Origin: Candidatus Latescibacterota bacterium
GTDB lineage: Bacteria; Latescibacterota; UBA2968; UBA8231
Length of the DNA: 64,000 bases
Assembly: GCA_965215195.1 (NCBI GenBank)
Contig: CBDCDC010000002.1
Coordinates: 640,001-704,000 of the forward strand
Reading direction: 5' to 3'
Part shown: in pieces, positions 18,261 through 28,084 of the stretch
Position numbering within the stretch: position 1 is the first letter of the stretch
Layout of the letters: every line of letters begins with the position of its first letter
Notes under the pieces: model-generated
Told to the model about the DNA's origin: nothing
The model's input: the letters and a program-made list of their open reading frames with translations, nothing else
Databases searched by the model: none
Made by a program: the position numbers and the translations under genes

Positions 18261-19553
18261 CTACCCATCTGTGAAGTAATCTTTGGTGCCCTTGGCGAGG
18301 ACGGCGTCGCCGATCCGATTCAAGGCGTGAACGTACGCAGCAGTGCGCGGCGCAATGCCCTGCTCTTGGGCAATGGCCCAAATGCGCTCGGTTTCCTCGA
18401 CCATCATCTGCTTGAGCCGCTGGTTGACTTCCTCTAGGGTCCAGTACAGGCCCTGGCGATTCTGCACCCATTCGAAATAGCTCACGGTCACGCCGCCGGC
18501 ATTGACCAAGATGTCGGGGAATACAACCACGTCCCGCTGGCGCAGGATCGCGTCGGCCCCCGGGGTGGTAGGGCCGTTGGCCAGTTCGTACACCGCCTTG
18601 GCCTTGATGTCGCCGGCATTGGCCTCGGTGATCTGGTTTTCCAAGGCGGCCGGGGCGAGGATATCGACGTCGAGCGCGAGCAATTCCTCGTTGGTGATGG
18701 TCTCGTGCTCGACGATGCTGCATACCGTGCCTTCGCAGTACACCGCCTTGAGGGTGCGGGTCGAGTCCTTGAACTGGCGTACGCTGGGGATGTCGAGTCC
18801 TTCGCGCCGGTAAATGCCTCCCTTGGAGTCGCTTACGGCTACAACCTTGTAACCGGCATTGAAGAGCAATTCGGCGACGATGGCCCCGGCATTGCCAAAG
18901 CCTTGCACGGCCACGGTCGTGTCGGCCGGCGAGCCGCTTGAGCCTATCTTGGGCCAAGTCGCCTCAATGGTAAAAAAAGCGCCCATCGCAGTCGCCGTAT
19001 CGCGCCCTAGACTGCCACCCATGGTCAAGGGCTTGCCGGTGATGACCGCCGGGGTGATTTGCCGCTTGATAATGCTGTACTCATCCACCATCCAACCCAT
19101 GATCATCTGATTGGTATAGACGTCCGGCGCGGGAATGTCGATGTCCGGGCCGATGAAGTCGGCCACCGCCTCGACATAGCCCCGGCTGAGTCGTTCCAGC
19201 TCAAAATGGGACAGTTCCTTGGGATTGACCGTGATGCCGCCTTTGCCGCCGCCAAAGGGCAAATTGGCCACCGCGCATTTGAAGGTCATCCAGAAGGCCA
19301 AAGACTGGACCTCGTCGCTGGACACGTCTGGGTGGTAGCGAATGCCGCCTTTGGTCGGGCCTCGGGTGTCGTCGTAGCGCACCCGGTAACCCGGGAAAAT
19401 GCGCAACGCGCCGTTGTCCATGCGCACCGGGATGGAGACTTTCAAACTCGACTTGGGCAACTTGAGCCGCTCAATGGCGTCCTCGGAAATGGTCGCGTAC
19501 GCAAGTGCTTCGTCGAGCCGTTGGCTGGCGTCGCTAAACAAAGATTGGGACAT
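18261..19553 (-). CDS. gdhA: Glu/Leu/Phe/Val dehydrogenase (glutamate dehydrogenase)
   Basis: GPTKGGIRYHP, PFGGGKGG, PAPDV, QGFGNAG, NAGGVTVSYFEWVQN. Confidence 0.93.
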   Translation of the reverse strand: MSQSLFSDASQRLDEALAYATISEDAIERLKLPKSSLKVSIPVRMDNGALRIFPGYRVRYDDTRGPTKGGIRYHPDVSSDEVQSLAFWMTFKCAVANLPFGGGKGGITVNPKELSHFELERLSRGYVEAVADFIGPDIDIPAPDVYTNQMIMGWMVDEYSIIKRQITPAVITGKPLTMGGSLGRDTATAMGAFFTIEATWPKIGSSGSPADTTVAVQGFGNAGAIVAELLFNAGYKVVAVSDSKGGIYRREGLDIPSVRQFKDSTRTLKAVYCEGTVCSIVEHETITNEELLALDVDILAPAALENQITEANAGDIKAKAVYELANGPTTPGADAILRQRDVVVFPDILVNAGGVTVSYFEWVQNRQGLYWTLEEVNQRLKQMMVEETERIWAIAQEQGIAPRTAAYVHALNRIGDAVLAKGTKDYFTDG

Positions 19554-19658
19554 GGGAAATTCTCCTAAGTGATAGGTTGGATTCTTAGTACACGACCCCT
19601 AAAGTAGGCGACCTTTACTTTGAGTACGCATTTTCTGCTGTTTCCGATGGGTGCGGGC

Positions 19659-19698
19659 TCGAGGGCGTCCCCCCTCGACGAGGGCAAGATGCCCTCGA
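19659..19698. repeat. Tandem REP-like GC-rich hairpins
   Basis: TCGAGGG-cgtccc-CCCTCGA immediately followed by CGAGGGC-aagat-GCCCTCG in the Uma2-gdh intergenic region. Confidence 0.6.
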
Positions 19699-19785
19699 TC
19701 CTTGGCAGGCTGAGGGCTGGTGTCGTGTAGCAAGGGTTGGATTAATGCATTTGCTATGCTGGAGTACGGCAGTGCAATTCCATCC

Positions 19786-20391
19786 CTAGGACGTTCTCTG
19801 CGATCGCGGCACCTCACTCGCGGGAAATTCGACTTTTGCATAGATCGCACGCAAGGATAGTTGGCAACCAATGGAAACGAGATCAAACTCGTCGTCGAAT
19901 GCGCTAAATTCGGTCAGGAGCCACTGGGGCCCTTGCCGAAAATAGCGTTCGACGCATAGCCTGTTTTGGGCAACGAGCAGGTATTCTCGCAGCGACTCAA
20001 GTTGCCGATAGTGGGCAAATTTCTCCCCCCGATCATAGGCTTCGGTCGAGGGCGAGAGAACTTCTATCAGAACGGTCGGATTGAGGAGAGTATCGAGGTC
20101 GCTGTCCTCAAAGCGGGGTTCCGCACAGACAACGACCACATCCGGGTAGGTGTATAGCCCCGCTGGATCGACCTTTACGCGCATGTCGTTGCTATAGATC
20201 TCGCAAGGCCGCTCTCGCAACTGGACGTGAAGCTCACTCGCCATATTAACGGCGATGAGATTGTGCTCTCGACTGGCACCGACCACTGCATAGACGCGAC
20301 CGTTTAGGTATTCGCTTTTGGTCGTGGCCTTGCGTTCCAAAACGAGGTATTCCTCTGGAGTCAGGTAGGATGGTGCAGCAATGGATTCCAC
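19786..20391 (-). CDS. Uma2 family endonuclease
   Basis: TPEEYL, EYLNG, YPDVVV, EVLSPSTEAYDRGEKF, EYLLVAQ. Confidence 0.92.
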   Translation of the reverse strand: MESIAAPSYLTPEEYLVLERKATTKSEYLNGRVYAVVGASREHNLIAVNMASELHVQLRERPCEIYSNDMRVKVDPAGLYTYPDVVVVCAEPRFEDSDLDTLLNPTVLIEVLSPSTEAYDRGEKFAHYRQLESLREYLLVAQNRLCVERYFRQGPQWLLTEFSAFDDEFDLVSIGCQLSLRAIYAKVEFPASEVPRSQRTS

Positions 20392-20459
20392 GACAGCCTC
20401 CTATTCGTCTATTGCCAATCTCGCAGCAACACCCGTCTGGGTCAAGTAGCGTCTCCTCC

Positions 20460-21686
20460 CTACTTCTCACCTAAAAATCCCCGCAGCAAAACCGCCGTTC
20501 CCACCGTCCCCACCCCGGCCAGCAGCGCCATGACGCCCACGGCTCCTTGTGCGCCCCAAGCCTCGGCCATTGCCCCGCTCTGCAAGCGGCCAAAGGGACC
20601 GACGCCAATGGCCACGACCAAGGTACTCATCGCGCGGCTCCGCATCTCGTCCGAGGATTCGACCAAGATGATGCTGCTCTGCATAATGCTAAAGCCCGCC
20701 TGCCCCAACCCAGAGCAAAACAGCATCGCCAAGGCGAGGCCAAAGGTCCCGCTAAAGGCAAAGGCGGCGATGCCCGTACACGAAAGCAACGAGCCGGCGA
20801 CAAAGAGCCATTCGTTGCTCAGCTTCCCGCGGCTTAGCTGGACCGCGGCCAAGCCCACAATCGCCCCGCCCCCACTAGCCGCGCCCAACCACCCCATGGC
20901 CTCCGGGCCGCGCCCGAATACGTCGCGCGCAAAAACCGGCAGCAGGTTCATGTAGGGGAAAGCCCAGACGTTCATAAAGATCGTGATGAGAAAAACGCCG
21001 AATATCGGCGCAGAGGCCCGCATACTGGCCCACCCCTGCCGCCCGGCCCACCCCGCCGCCCACGTGCCCGCACTAGGCGCTTTGGAGCCTGTCTTGAGGC
21101 CGGCTAACAAAAACAGCGCCAAGGTGCCTAGCCCAACCAACACCAGCAGGCCCCCCAAGCTACCATAGGCCGCGGTGACATAGCCCGCCGCTAGGGGGCC
21201 AGCAATGCGCGTAAAGCCCTGAATGACGTTCTCCAGCACCATGGCATCAACCGTGCGGGCCTTGCCCACTAGATCGGGCACCATGCTGCGCCGGGTCGGC
21301 CAATCCAGCGCCCAAGAGGCTCCCAATGCCAGCGACACCACCGACAAATGCCACAGTTCAAGCCGCCCCCAAAAGAGCAATAGTGCCAATAGCCCCGTCC
21401 CCAGCACATTGACCAACTGCAGGGTCCAAACGATGTAGCGCCGCTTAAAGCGATCGGTAATCACCGCGCCGAACAAACCCATAATCAGCAGGGGGATGGC
21501 GCGGTAAAAGCCGATGACTTGGACCCACCACGGAGAGTTAGTCAGCTCCAAAGCCAGCCACCCCAACACCAGCAGCTCCATCCACATGGCCTGCCACCAA
21601 AGGCCATTGGCCAACCACAGGCGCACGAAATCGCCATTGGCCAAGGGTTCGAGGACGTTCCCTCTGCCGAATTTTACGCTGTGCAT
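20460..21686 (-). CDS. MFS transporter
   Basis: About 12 TM helices, GAVITDRFKRR motif A, EMRSRAMS. Confidence 0.88.
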   Translation of the reverse strand: MHSVKFGRGNVLEPLANGDFVRLWLANGLWWQAMWMELLVLGWLALELTNSPWWVQVIGFYRAIPLLIMGLFGAVITDRFKRRYIVWTLQLVNVLGTGLLALLLFWGRLELWHLSVVSLALGASWALDWPTRRSMVPDLVGKARTVDAMVLENVIQGFTRIAGPLAAGYVTAAYGSLGGLLVLVGLGTLALFLLAGLKTGSKAPSAGTWAAGWAGRQGWASMRASAPIFGVFLITIFMNVWAFPYMNLLPVFARDVFGRGPEAMGWLGAASGGGAIVGLAAVQLSRGKLSNEWLFVAGSLLSCTGIAAFAFSGTFGLALAMLFCSGLGQAGFSIMQSSIILVESSDEMRSRAMSTLVVAIGVGPFGRLQSGAMAEAWGAQGAVGVMALLAGVGTVGTAVLLRGFLGEK

Positions 21687-21739
21687 CGCTCTCTTGCTGG
21701 AGTCATTGGTCGCGCCAACCAGCCCATGGGAGATTCAAC

Positions 21740-22000
21740 ATGTCTGTGGAGGAAAAACTAAGAGACCTCAACCTACAACTTCCCCCGCCACCGCCCTTTG
21801 ACCTTCGTCTCCGGTCAGTTGCCCCTACCAGCCGGCCGGATTCAAGGGCGCGGGATATGCGGCCGCCAAGTTGTGCGCCCTCAAAGCCGAAACCGGCGAC
21901 CTCGACGCGGTCTCCATTGTCCGCTTGGGAATTCGGCACACGCCAACGGGGTCAATGGCGCTTCCGATCTGCTGGCCTCAGTCCTCGGAGATAAGGGGTC
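21740..22000 (+). pseudogene. RidA/YjgF family pseudogene with several deletions and frameshifts
   Basis: Family motifs spread over different frames: MSVEEKLRDLNLQLPPPPP, TFVSGQLP, GYAAAKLCALKAETGDLDAV, VNGASDLLASVLGDKG; the C-terminal catalytic Arg region is missing. Confidence 0.8.
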
Positions 22001-22029
22001 GCCAGCTTGCCGCTGGGAGCGGCCGTGGG

Positions 22030-23928
22030 CTAGGAAGCCTCGCGTTCTTCCGACTGCGGAGCATTGCCGTTGGCCTGCGGCTCGGCGGTGGAATTGCTGG
22101 GCGATGGCTCTTGCTTGGACCTAGGTGGTAGCTCTATCCCGTGCTCTGAGAGCAAGTTGTGCAGTTGATCGCCATCCATTACCTCATCCTCGAAGAGTAT
22201 CTCGACGACGTCCTCCAGCGCTTGGCGATGCTGGGTGAGCAGGGCCTTGGCCCGCACGTACCCCGCGCCGATGATGCCCTTGATTTCTTCGTCGATGAGT
22301 TTGGCCGTCTCATCGCTGTACGCGCGATCGGCCGGGGTCATGCCCAGTACCTGTTGCGAGCGGTCCGTTCGGTGGGCTACCAAGCCAATCCGCTGGCTCA
22401 TGCCAAACTCTTTGACCATCCGCTCGGCCATTTGCGTGGCCTGCTGCAAGTCGTTGGCCGCGCCAGTGGATATTTCGCCAAAGACGATCTCCTCGGCTGC
22501 CCGACCGCCCAAGATCGCGGCCAAGGCATCCTGCAGCTCCTCCTTGGTCATTAGATAGCGATCCTCCAGCGGCATATTCAGGGTGTAGCCCAAGGCGGCG
22601 ATGCCCCGCGATACAATGGAGATCTTCTGGACGGGATTGGCCTCGGGCAAAATCTCGCCGACGATGGCGTGGCCGGCCTCGTGGTACGCGACGATCCGGC
22701 GCTCCTTCTCGTTGAGCACCCGGCTCTTGCGCTCCAGCCCAGCCACCGAGCGCTCAATCGCCTCTTCCAGTTCGGACATGGTGATGGAATTTTTATCTCT
22801 CCGTGCCGCCAACAGGGCCGCTTCATTGACTATATTGGCCAAGTCCGCACCGGCAAAACCCGGAGTGCGCACGGCCAGTTTGTGCAGATCTACGTCTGGG
22901 GCCAGCTTGACTTCCTTGGCATGGATCTGGAGGATGGCGGCGCGACCCTTGACATCGGGCCGATCCACGGCCACGGTGCGGTCGAAGCGGCCGGGCCGCA
23001 GCAAGGCCGGGTCGAGGATTTCCGGCCGGTTGGTCGCCGCCATGAGGATCACGCCGGCGTTGGTGTCGAAGCCGTCGAGCTCGGTGAGGAGCTGGTTGAG
23101 CGTCTGCTCGCGCTCGTCGTGCCCGCCAAAAGAGCCCGCCCCCCGCGCCTTGCCCAAGGCGTCGAGCTCGTCGATGAAGATAATGGCCGGGGCGTGTTTT
23201 TTGGCCTGGTCAAAAAGGTCGCGTACGCGCGCGGCCCCTACCCCGACGAACATCTCGACAAAATCCGAGCCGCTGAGGGAGAAAAAGGGTACGCTCGCCT
23301 CGCCGGCGACGGCCTTGGCCAACAGCGTCTTACCCGTGCCTGGAGACCCCACGAGTAAGACCCCGCGCGGAATCCGGCCGCCGAGGGCCTGAAATCGCTC
23401 GGGGGTGCGCAAAAACTCGACGATCTCCAGCAGCTCTTCTTTGGCTTCGTCAATGCCCGCTACATCGTCGAAGGTAATGCCCGTCCCCTTCTCCATGTAC
23501 ACCTTGGCCTTGCTCTTGCCGATGGACATCAGACCACCGGCCCCCCCGCTCATGCGACGGACGATAAACAGCCAGATCCCCACAAAGATCAGCGCGGGCA
23601 GGATCCACGACAAAAGCTGCGTAAACCAATTGCTGCTCGGCTCGCGGGTAAACTCAACTTGGTGTTCTTCGAGCAGGCCGATGAGCTCGGGATCGTCGAT
23701 GGCAGCAGTGCGGAAGCTGATCTCTTGGCCATTGACATGGGCGCGGCCGCGGATGAACTCGCCGCTGAAGGTACACTCAATGACCTGACCGCTTTTGATC
23801 GATTCGCGGAACTGGCTGTATGGGAGGGTTTCAACTTGGTTGGCAAAATAGTCTTTCAGACTCAGGATCAAAAGCAGCGTAAGGACGGCGTACGCAATGG
23901 AAAGCTGGGTCTTTTTCTCAAATTTCAT
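22030..23928 (-). CDS. ftsH: ATP-dependent zinc metalloprotease FtsH
   Basis: Two N-terminal TMs, [29 protein letters not shown]. Confidence 0.96.
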   Translation of the reverse strand: MKFEKKTQLSIAYAVLTLLLILSLKDYFANQVETLPYSQFRESIKSGQVIECTFSGEFIRGRAHVNGQEISFRTAAIDDPELIGLLEEHQVEFTREPSSNWFTQLLSWILPALIFVGIWLFIVRRMSGGAGGLMSIGKSKAKVYMEKGTGITFDDVAGIDEAKEELLEIVEFLRTPERFQALGGRIPRGVLLVGSPGTGKTLLAKAVAGEASVPFFSLSGSDFVEMFVGVGAARVRDLFDQAKKHAPAIIFIDELDALGKARGAGSFGGHDEREQTLNQLLTELDGFDTNAGVILMAATNRPEILDPALLRPGRFDRTVAVDRPDVKGRAAILQIHAKEVKLAPDVDLHKLAVRTPGFAGADLANIVNEAALLAARRDKNSITMSELEEAIERSVAGLERKSRVLNEKERRIVAYHEAGHAIVGEILPEANPVQKISIVSRGIAALGYTLNMPLEDRYLMTKEELQDALAAILGGRAAEEIVFGEISTGAANDLQQATQMAERMVKEFGMSQRIGLVAHRTDRSQQVLGMTPADRAYSDETAKLIDEEIKGIIGAGYVRAKALLTQHRQALEDVVEILFEDEVMDGDQLHNLLSEHGIELPPRSKQEPSPSNSTAEPQANGNAPQSEEREAS

Positions 23929-24046
23929 GCGCTATTTTCCAATGCCAAGACGCGCTCTTCCACCCCTTAGTGAAAGGGTAAAAGGGCCAAATTTTTGCGG
24001 TTTTGAAGATAACCGGCGGCCTAGATGTGGTCAAGGTGAGGGGCCG

Positions 24047-25309
24047 CTAGCCGAGCAAGCCGGGCGTTTCCAGTACCTCCTTGAGCCGCGCGAGGAATCG
24101 GGCACCCAGTGCGCCATCGACCACGCGGTGATCCGCGGCCAGCGTCAAGGTCAGTTGCGGGCGCACGGCAAATGCGTCTGCTCCAGAAGCTACCACCCGG
24201 TTTTCTATGGCCCCGACGGCCAAGATCGCCACTTGGGGAGGGTTGATGATCGCAGTAAAGCGGGAGACGCCGAACATGCCCAAATTCGAAATGGTAAAGG
24301 TGCCGCCCAGCATGTCGTCGGGGCGCAACTGGCCGCGGCGCGCCGCGTCGATCAGCCGCGTCCCTTCTAAGGCGATTTCCTCGATTGTCTTTGCGGCCGC
24401 ATCGCGAATGACCGGAACCACCAAGCCCTGCTCGGCCGCCACGGCAATGCCGACGTTGACTTGGGAGGCATAGCGGAAATGACCGCCCTCTGCCAAGCTG
24501 TTGACGCGCGGGAATTCGCTTAGGGTGCGAGCCGTGGCTTTGACGATCAGATCGTTGAAGGAGATTTTTTTGCCCTCTAGCTGGTAGCCGGTGCGGAATT
24601 GCTGCAACCACACGGCCGACACATCCATGCTGAGGTGGATGTGGGGGATCTGTTGGTAGCTGGCCGTCAGCCGCTCGGCCGCCACTTGCTCGGCCCGGCT
24701 CAACTCAATCAACCCTTCGGCGACCGGGACTGCTGAGGTCGGAGTCGGGGCTAGCCGGGCTTGTTCGACCAAAGTCAACACATCGGCGCTGACGATCCGG
24801 CCCCCGGGGCCACTGCCATTGACGCCGGACAGGTCGAGGCCGTGCTCGGCAGCTATTTTGCGCGCTTTGGGCGAGGTCTTATGCGGCCGCCGCCCGTCGG
24901 TAGCAACGGAAGGGGCTGGGGCCTGTGGGGCTGGGGCTGGCGAGGTCGGGGTTGGCGCAGCAGCAGAAGTTGCCGGTGGAGCCGAGTCGCTCGGAGTAGT
25001 AGCCGGAGCCGGGGACAGCGATGGAGCCGGGTCACTCGGAGCGGCAGTCACGTACGAGTCAATGTTTTCGTCGGCAGAAGCAATGACGCCGATCATCGTC
25101 GATACTGGTACTTCTTGGCCGACCGGCACCAGAATTTTGCGCAGAATTCCGTCGGCCTGCGCCTCGACTTCCATCGTCACCTTGTCGGTGGCGATTTCCA
25201 ACAGGGCTTGGCCCTTTTGCACTTCCTCGCCTTCTTCTACCAACCAAGCGCTTATTGCGCCGCTTTCCATGGTCAGCCCCAATTTGGGCATGACGATCTC
25301 AGTAGCCAT
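24047..25309 (-). CDS. Dihydrolipoamide acyltransferase (E2) family protein
   Basis: Lipoyl motif TDKVTME, Ala/Pro linker, E3-binding GSGPGGRI, TISNLG, DHRVVDG. Confidence 0.93.
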   Translation of the reverse strand: MATEIVMPKLGLTMESGAISAWLVEEGEEVQKGQALLEIATDKVTMEVEAQADGILRKILVPVGQEVPVSTMIGVIASADENIDSYVTAAPSDPAPSLSPAPATTPSDSAPPATSAAAPTPTSPAPAPQAPAPSVATDGRRPHKTSPKARKIAAEHGLDLSGVNGSGPGGRIVSADVLTLVEQARLAPTPTSAVPVAEGLIELSRAEQVAAERLTASYQQIPHIHLSMDVSAVWLQQFRTGYQLEGKKISFNDLIVKATARTLSEFPRVNSLAEGGHFRYASQVNVGIAVAAEQGLVVPVIRDAAAKTIEEIALEGTRLIDAARRGQLRPDDMLGGTFTISNLGMFGVSRFTAIINPPQVAILAVGAIENRVVASGADAFAVRPQLTLTLAADHRVVDGALGARFLARLKEVLETPGLLG

Positions 25310-25489
25310 ATCTCTCTCAGTCTAAAGGGATGCAAAGTCAGCCTTGTAAAATAATTGGCCAGAAAAGCTGGTCAATGCAGCGTGGGAGCTATCGCGAGCT
25401 TTCGTTCCACCAAGTGACCGGCTATATTGACCTCCGGCACACTGCAAACGCCTTGTTTTTTCTTTCATCAAACGCGCGACGAGCGGACC

Positions 25490-25951
25490 TTGGCGGCCAT
25501 TACCCGCGACTTCACAGCTACTACCTTTGTCGTCCACGAGGGGGCCACCCTCTTGCTGTGGCACAAGAAAATGCAGGCTTGGCTGCCCCCAGGCGGCCAC
25601 ATCGACCCGGGCGAGCTGCCCGAAGAAGCCGCCCTCCGCGAAGTGCGCGAAGAAACCGGACTAACCGTCGAGTTGTTGGGCCGTCAACAGCAGTGGGGGC
25701 AAGTCGCTGTCCTGCACCGCCCCGCGTGTATCCTCCTAGAGGATATCGAACCGGGCCATCAGCACATAGACCTGATTTACTTTAGCCGCGTCGTAAGCGG
25801 GTGCGCCCGCATCAATCCCCGCGAGGCCACGCAATTGCGCTGGTGCAACCACGCGGCCTTGGGCGATGCGGCCATCGCCGAGGACATTCGCATCCTCGGA
25901 CGCCGCGCCATTGCCTCCATACATGCAGGAGAAGTGGTACGCTGTGGCTAG
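25490..25951 (+). CDS. NUDIX hydrolase
   Basis: Nudix box GGHIDPGELPEEAALREVREETGL; probable TTG start at 25490. Confidence 0.88.
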   Translation: MAAITRDFTATTFVVHEGATLLLWHKKMQAWLPPGGHIDPGELPEEAALREVREETGLTVELLGRQQQWGQVAVLHRPACILLEDIEPGHQHIDLIYFSRVVSGCARINPREATQLRWCNHAALGDAAIAEDIRILGRRAIASIHAGEVVRCG

Positions 25952-26888
25952 GACGGCCTTGATCTACCATCCCGATGCCTTGCTGCACGACACGGGCGAG
26001 GGTCATCCAGAGCGCCGCACGCGGTTGGAATCCATTGTCCAACACCTAAAAGACCGCTCTCTGTGGGACGAGGTTCTGCACCTGCAGCCACAGTTGGCAC
26101 CGCGTCAAGCCCTGCTCAGAGCCCACTCGCCGGCCCACTTGGACCGAGTGGCGGACCTCGCACGAGTCGAGCGGCCTATCTATGTGTCCCAAGGCACCGC
26201 CGCCTCTTCCGGCACGCACCGCGCCGCCCTCCTCGCGGCTGGTGCTCCCTTAACCGCCATTGACGCCCTGCTCGCCGGGCGCGCCGACCATGCCTTCTGC
26301 TGCATGAGGCCCCCGGGCCATCACGCCGAAGTCGAGGAAATCATGGGCTTTTGCTTCTTCAACAATGTGGCGATCGCCGCTCACTACTTGCGGGCCGAAT
26401 GCGGCTGCGACAAAGTGGCGATCATCGACTGGGACGTCCATCACGGCAATGGCACGCAGCACATCTTTGAGGCCGATGGCTCGGTATTTTTTTGCAGCAT
26501 CCATCAATCGCCCCTCTATCCGGGCACCGGTGCGGCCGACGAGCGCGGGCTGGGAGCGGGCCGCGGCCAAACCTTGAATATCCCGGTTCCGGCCGGCAGC
26601 ACGGATGCCGATTACCGCGGCCATTTTACTGACACCATCATTCCAGCCATAGACCAGTTCCAACCAGACTTCATCCTCCTGTCGGCTGGTTTTGACGCCC
26701 ATCGCAGCGATCCCCTAGGGCAGATCCTGCTCAGCGCAGAGGGCTATGGCCAGCTAACCGAGCTGGTGCTCCAACTCGCCACCCGCCACTGCGCGGGCCG
26801 CCTCGTCTCCCTGCTAGAGGGCGGCTACGACTTAGAGGCGACCGCCGCTTCCGTGGCTGCTCACTTAAGCACCCTGCTGGCGGCTTGA
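25944..26888 (+). CDS. Histone deacetylase family protein
   Basis: HPER, RPPGHHA, GFCFFNN, DWDVHHGNG, SAGFDAH, LEGGY; GTG start overlaps the NUDIX stop. Confidence 0.93.
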   Translation: MARTALIYHPDALLHDTGEGHPERRTRLESIVQHLKDRSLWDEVLHLQPQLAPRQALLRAHSPAHLDRVADLARVERPIYVSQGTAASSGTHRAALLAAGAPLTAIDALLAGRADHAFCCMRPPGHHAEVEEIMGFCFFNNVAIAAHYLRAECGCDKVAIIDWDVHHGNGTQHIFEADGSVFFCSIHQSPLYPGTGAADERGLGAGRGQTLNIPVPAGSTDADYRGHFTDTIIPAIDQFQPDFILLSAGFDAHRSDPLGQILLSAEGYGQLTELVLQLATRHCAGRLVSLLEGGYDLEATAASVAAHLSTLLAA

Positions 26889-27589
26889 GGCTTGGTAAAT
26901 ACGTGAATAGCGATTGAATTCCACGTCTCGACTCGCGTTTCGCGCCGCTGACTATAGCCTTGGGCGACGAGCCGCGCGACAAAGTCGTCGGCGTCCTTGC
27001 GCTGCGGATCCCCGAGGTAAAATCGGCCGCCGGGCAACAGCAGCCTGTACAGGATGCGCTCGAGATAGCGGTGGTTCTTCTTTTCGTAAATAATGTCCGA
27101 CCCCACCAAGCACTCGCGCGGTGCCCCCACGGGATTGCGCCAGTCCAAATAGGCCACCCGATGGTTGTGCCCGACCCGGTTGAGCTGGGCATTGTGGGCG
27201 GCGAAAATCAGCGCATCCTCCACGAAATCGGTCGCTTCGACGCGCCAACCTAACTTGGCTAAGGCAATGCCTACCAGCCCCAAACCGCAGCCTAATTCGC
27301 AGACCCAACCTGCGGGGATTGGCTCCTCGGCGCGGCAAAACCACTGGGCCATGGCCAACGCCGTCGGCCACAGTTCGGCCCAATAGGGAAAGCGCTCCGC
27401 CCCCTCGAACCGCCCCTCGCGCTCAATCATGCTGTCCAACAAAGCACCCACATCGCCGACTTCTGTCATCTGTAGATCGCAGCCCGCTGCCAAGGGGCGA
27501 CGCACCTGCCGAGTGTCGTACTTGCGCAGGGTGCGGCGAATCTGCCGCTCGCTGTAGTGCTTCACGGCTGCTGGTGTCGCCTGTAACAT
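26861..27589 (-). CDS. Class I SAM-dependent methyltransferase (lysine methyltransferase METTL21/22-like)
   Basis: PYWAELWP, ELGCGLG, ATD, LDW, GSDIIYE. Confidence 0.85.
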   Translation of the reverse strand: MLQATPAAVKHYSERQIRRTLRKYDTRQVRRPLAAGCDLQMTEVGDVGALLDSMIEREGRFEGAERFPYWAELWPTALAMAQWFCRAEEPIPAGWVCELGCGLGLVGIALAKLGWRVEATDFVEDALIFAAHNAQLNRVGHNHRVAYLDWRNPVGAPRECLVGSDIIYEKKNHRYLERILYRLLLPGGRFYLGDPQRKDADDFVARLVAQGYSQRRETRVETWNSIAIHVFTKPQAASRVLK

Positions 27590-27647
27590 GGATAGACAGG
27601 ATGGGGATTCCTGCGCAGAGAGAGTCCTCTCGTCATCTTTTACTTAC

Positions 27648-27732
27648 TGACGTTACGCACCTATAGCCCTTCTACTTCCTTCATATGCGGCGGGGGCCAC
27701 CCGCGCTCTCAAGGTACCCGTGCGTAACGTCA
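27648..27732. repeat. 85-bp element with 13-bp perfect terminal inverted repeats (MITE-like)
   Basis: TGACGTTACGCAC at 27648-27660 and GTGCGTAACGTCA at 27720-27732; a 21-mer covering the left end recurs at 56912-56932. Confidence 0.6.
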
Positions 27733-27937
27733 TTGAATACCTAGCATTACGCGGTGCCCCTACTCGGATTCGTCTAACAGGCGTCTAAAGGCTTCGAGGC
27801 TGGGCACCTGTATGGCCGCCCGATGTAATTGCTTGAGACGTGGCACATCGTCGATGGCCCCAAGGCGAGCGGCTAACCGGCGGACTTCCTCCGGCGGAAA
27901 GCGAAGGGCCAACACGTCGAGGATAAATTCTCGGCTC

Positions 27938-27997
27938 CCCTGCTCAATGCCCTGCTCAATGCCCTGCTCAATGCCCTGCTCAATGCCCTGCTCAATG
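27938..27997. repeat. Five perfect 12-bp tandem repeats CCCTGCTCAATG encoding (GIEQ)n
   Basis: Directly visible; typical of Rpn/DUF4351-type C-termini. Confidence 0.92.
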
Positions 27998-28084
27998 CCT
28001 TCCTCGCGGGCTTGTTGGGTCAGGTATTGGGCAAACGATGATTCGCGGATCAGGTCCATGATCCCCTCCTGAGAAAGAATAGTA

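Noticed and set aside
24890-25050. Repetitive Ala/Pro/Ser/Thr-coding stretch
   Set aside because: Normal flexible linker of E2 subunits
27938-27997. Possible CRISPR array
   Set aside because: 12-bp tandem units without spacers, coding for GIEQ; no cas genes and no repeat-spacer array seen anywhere in the window
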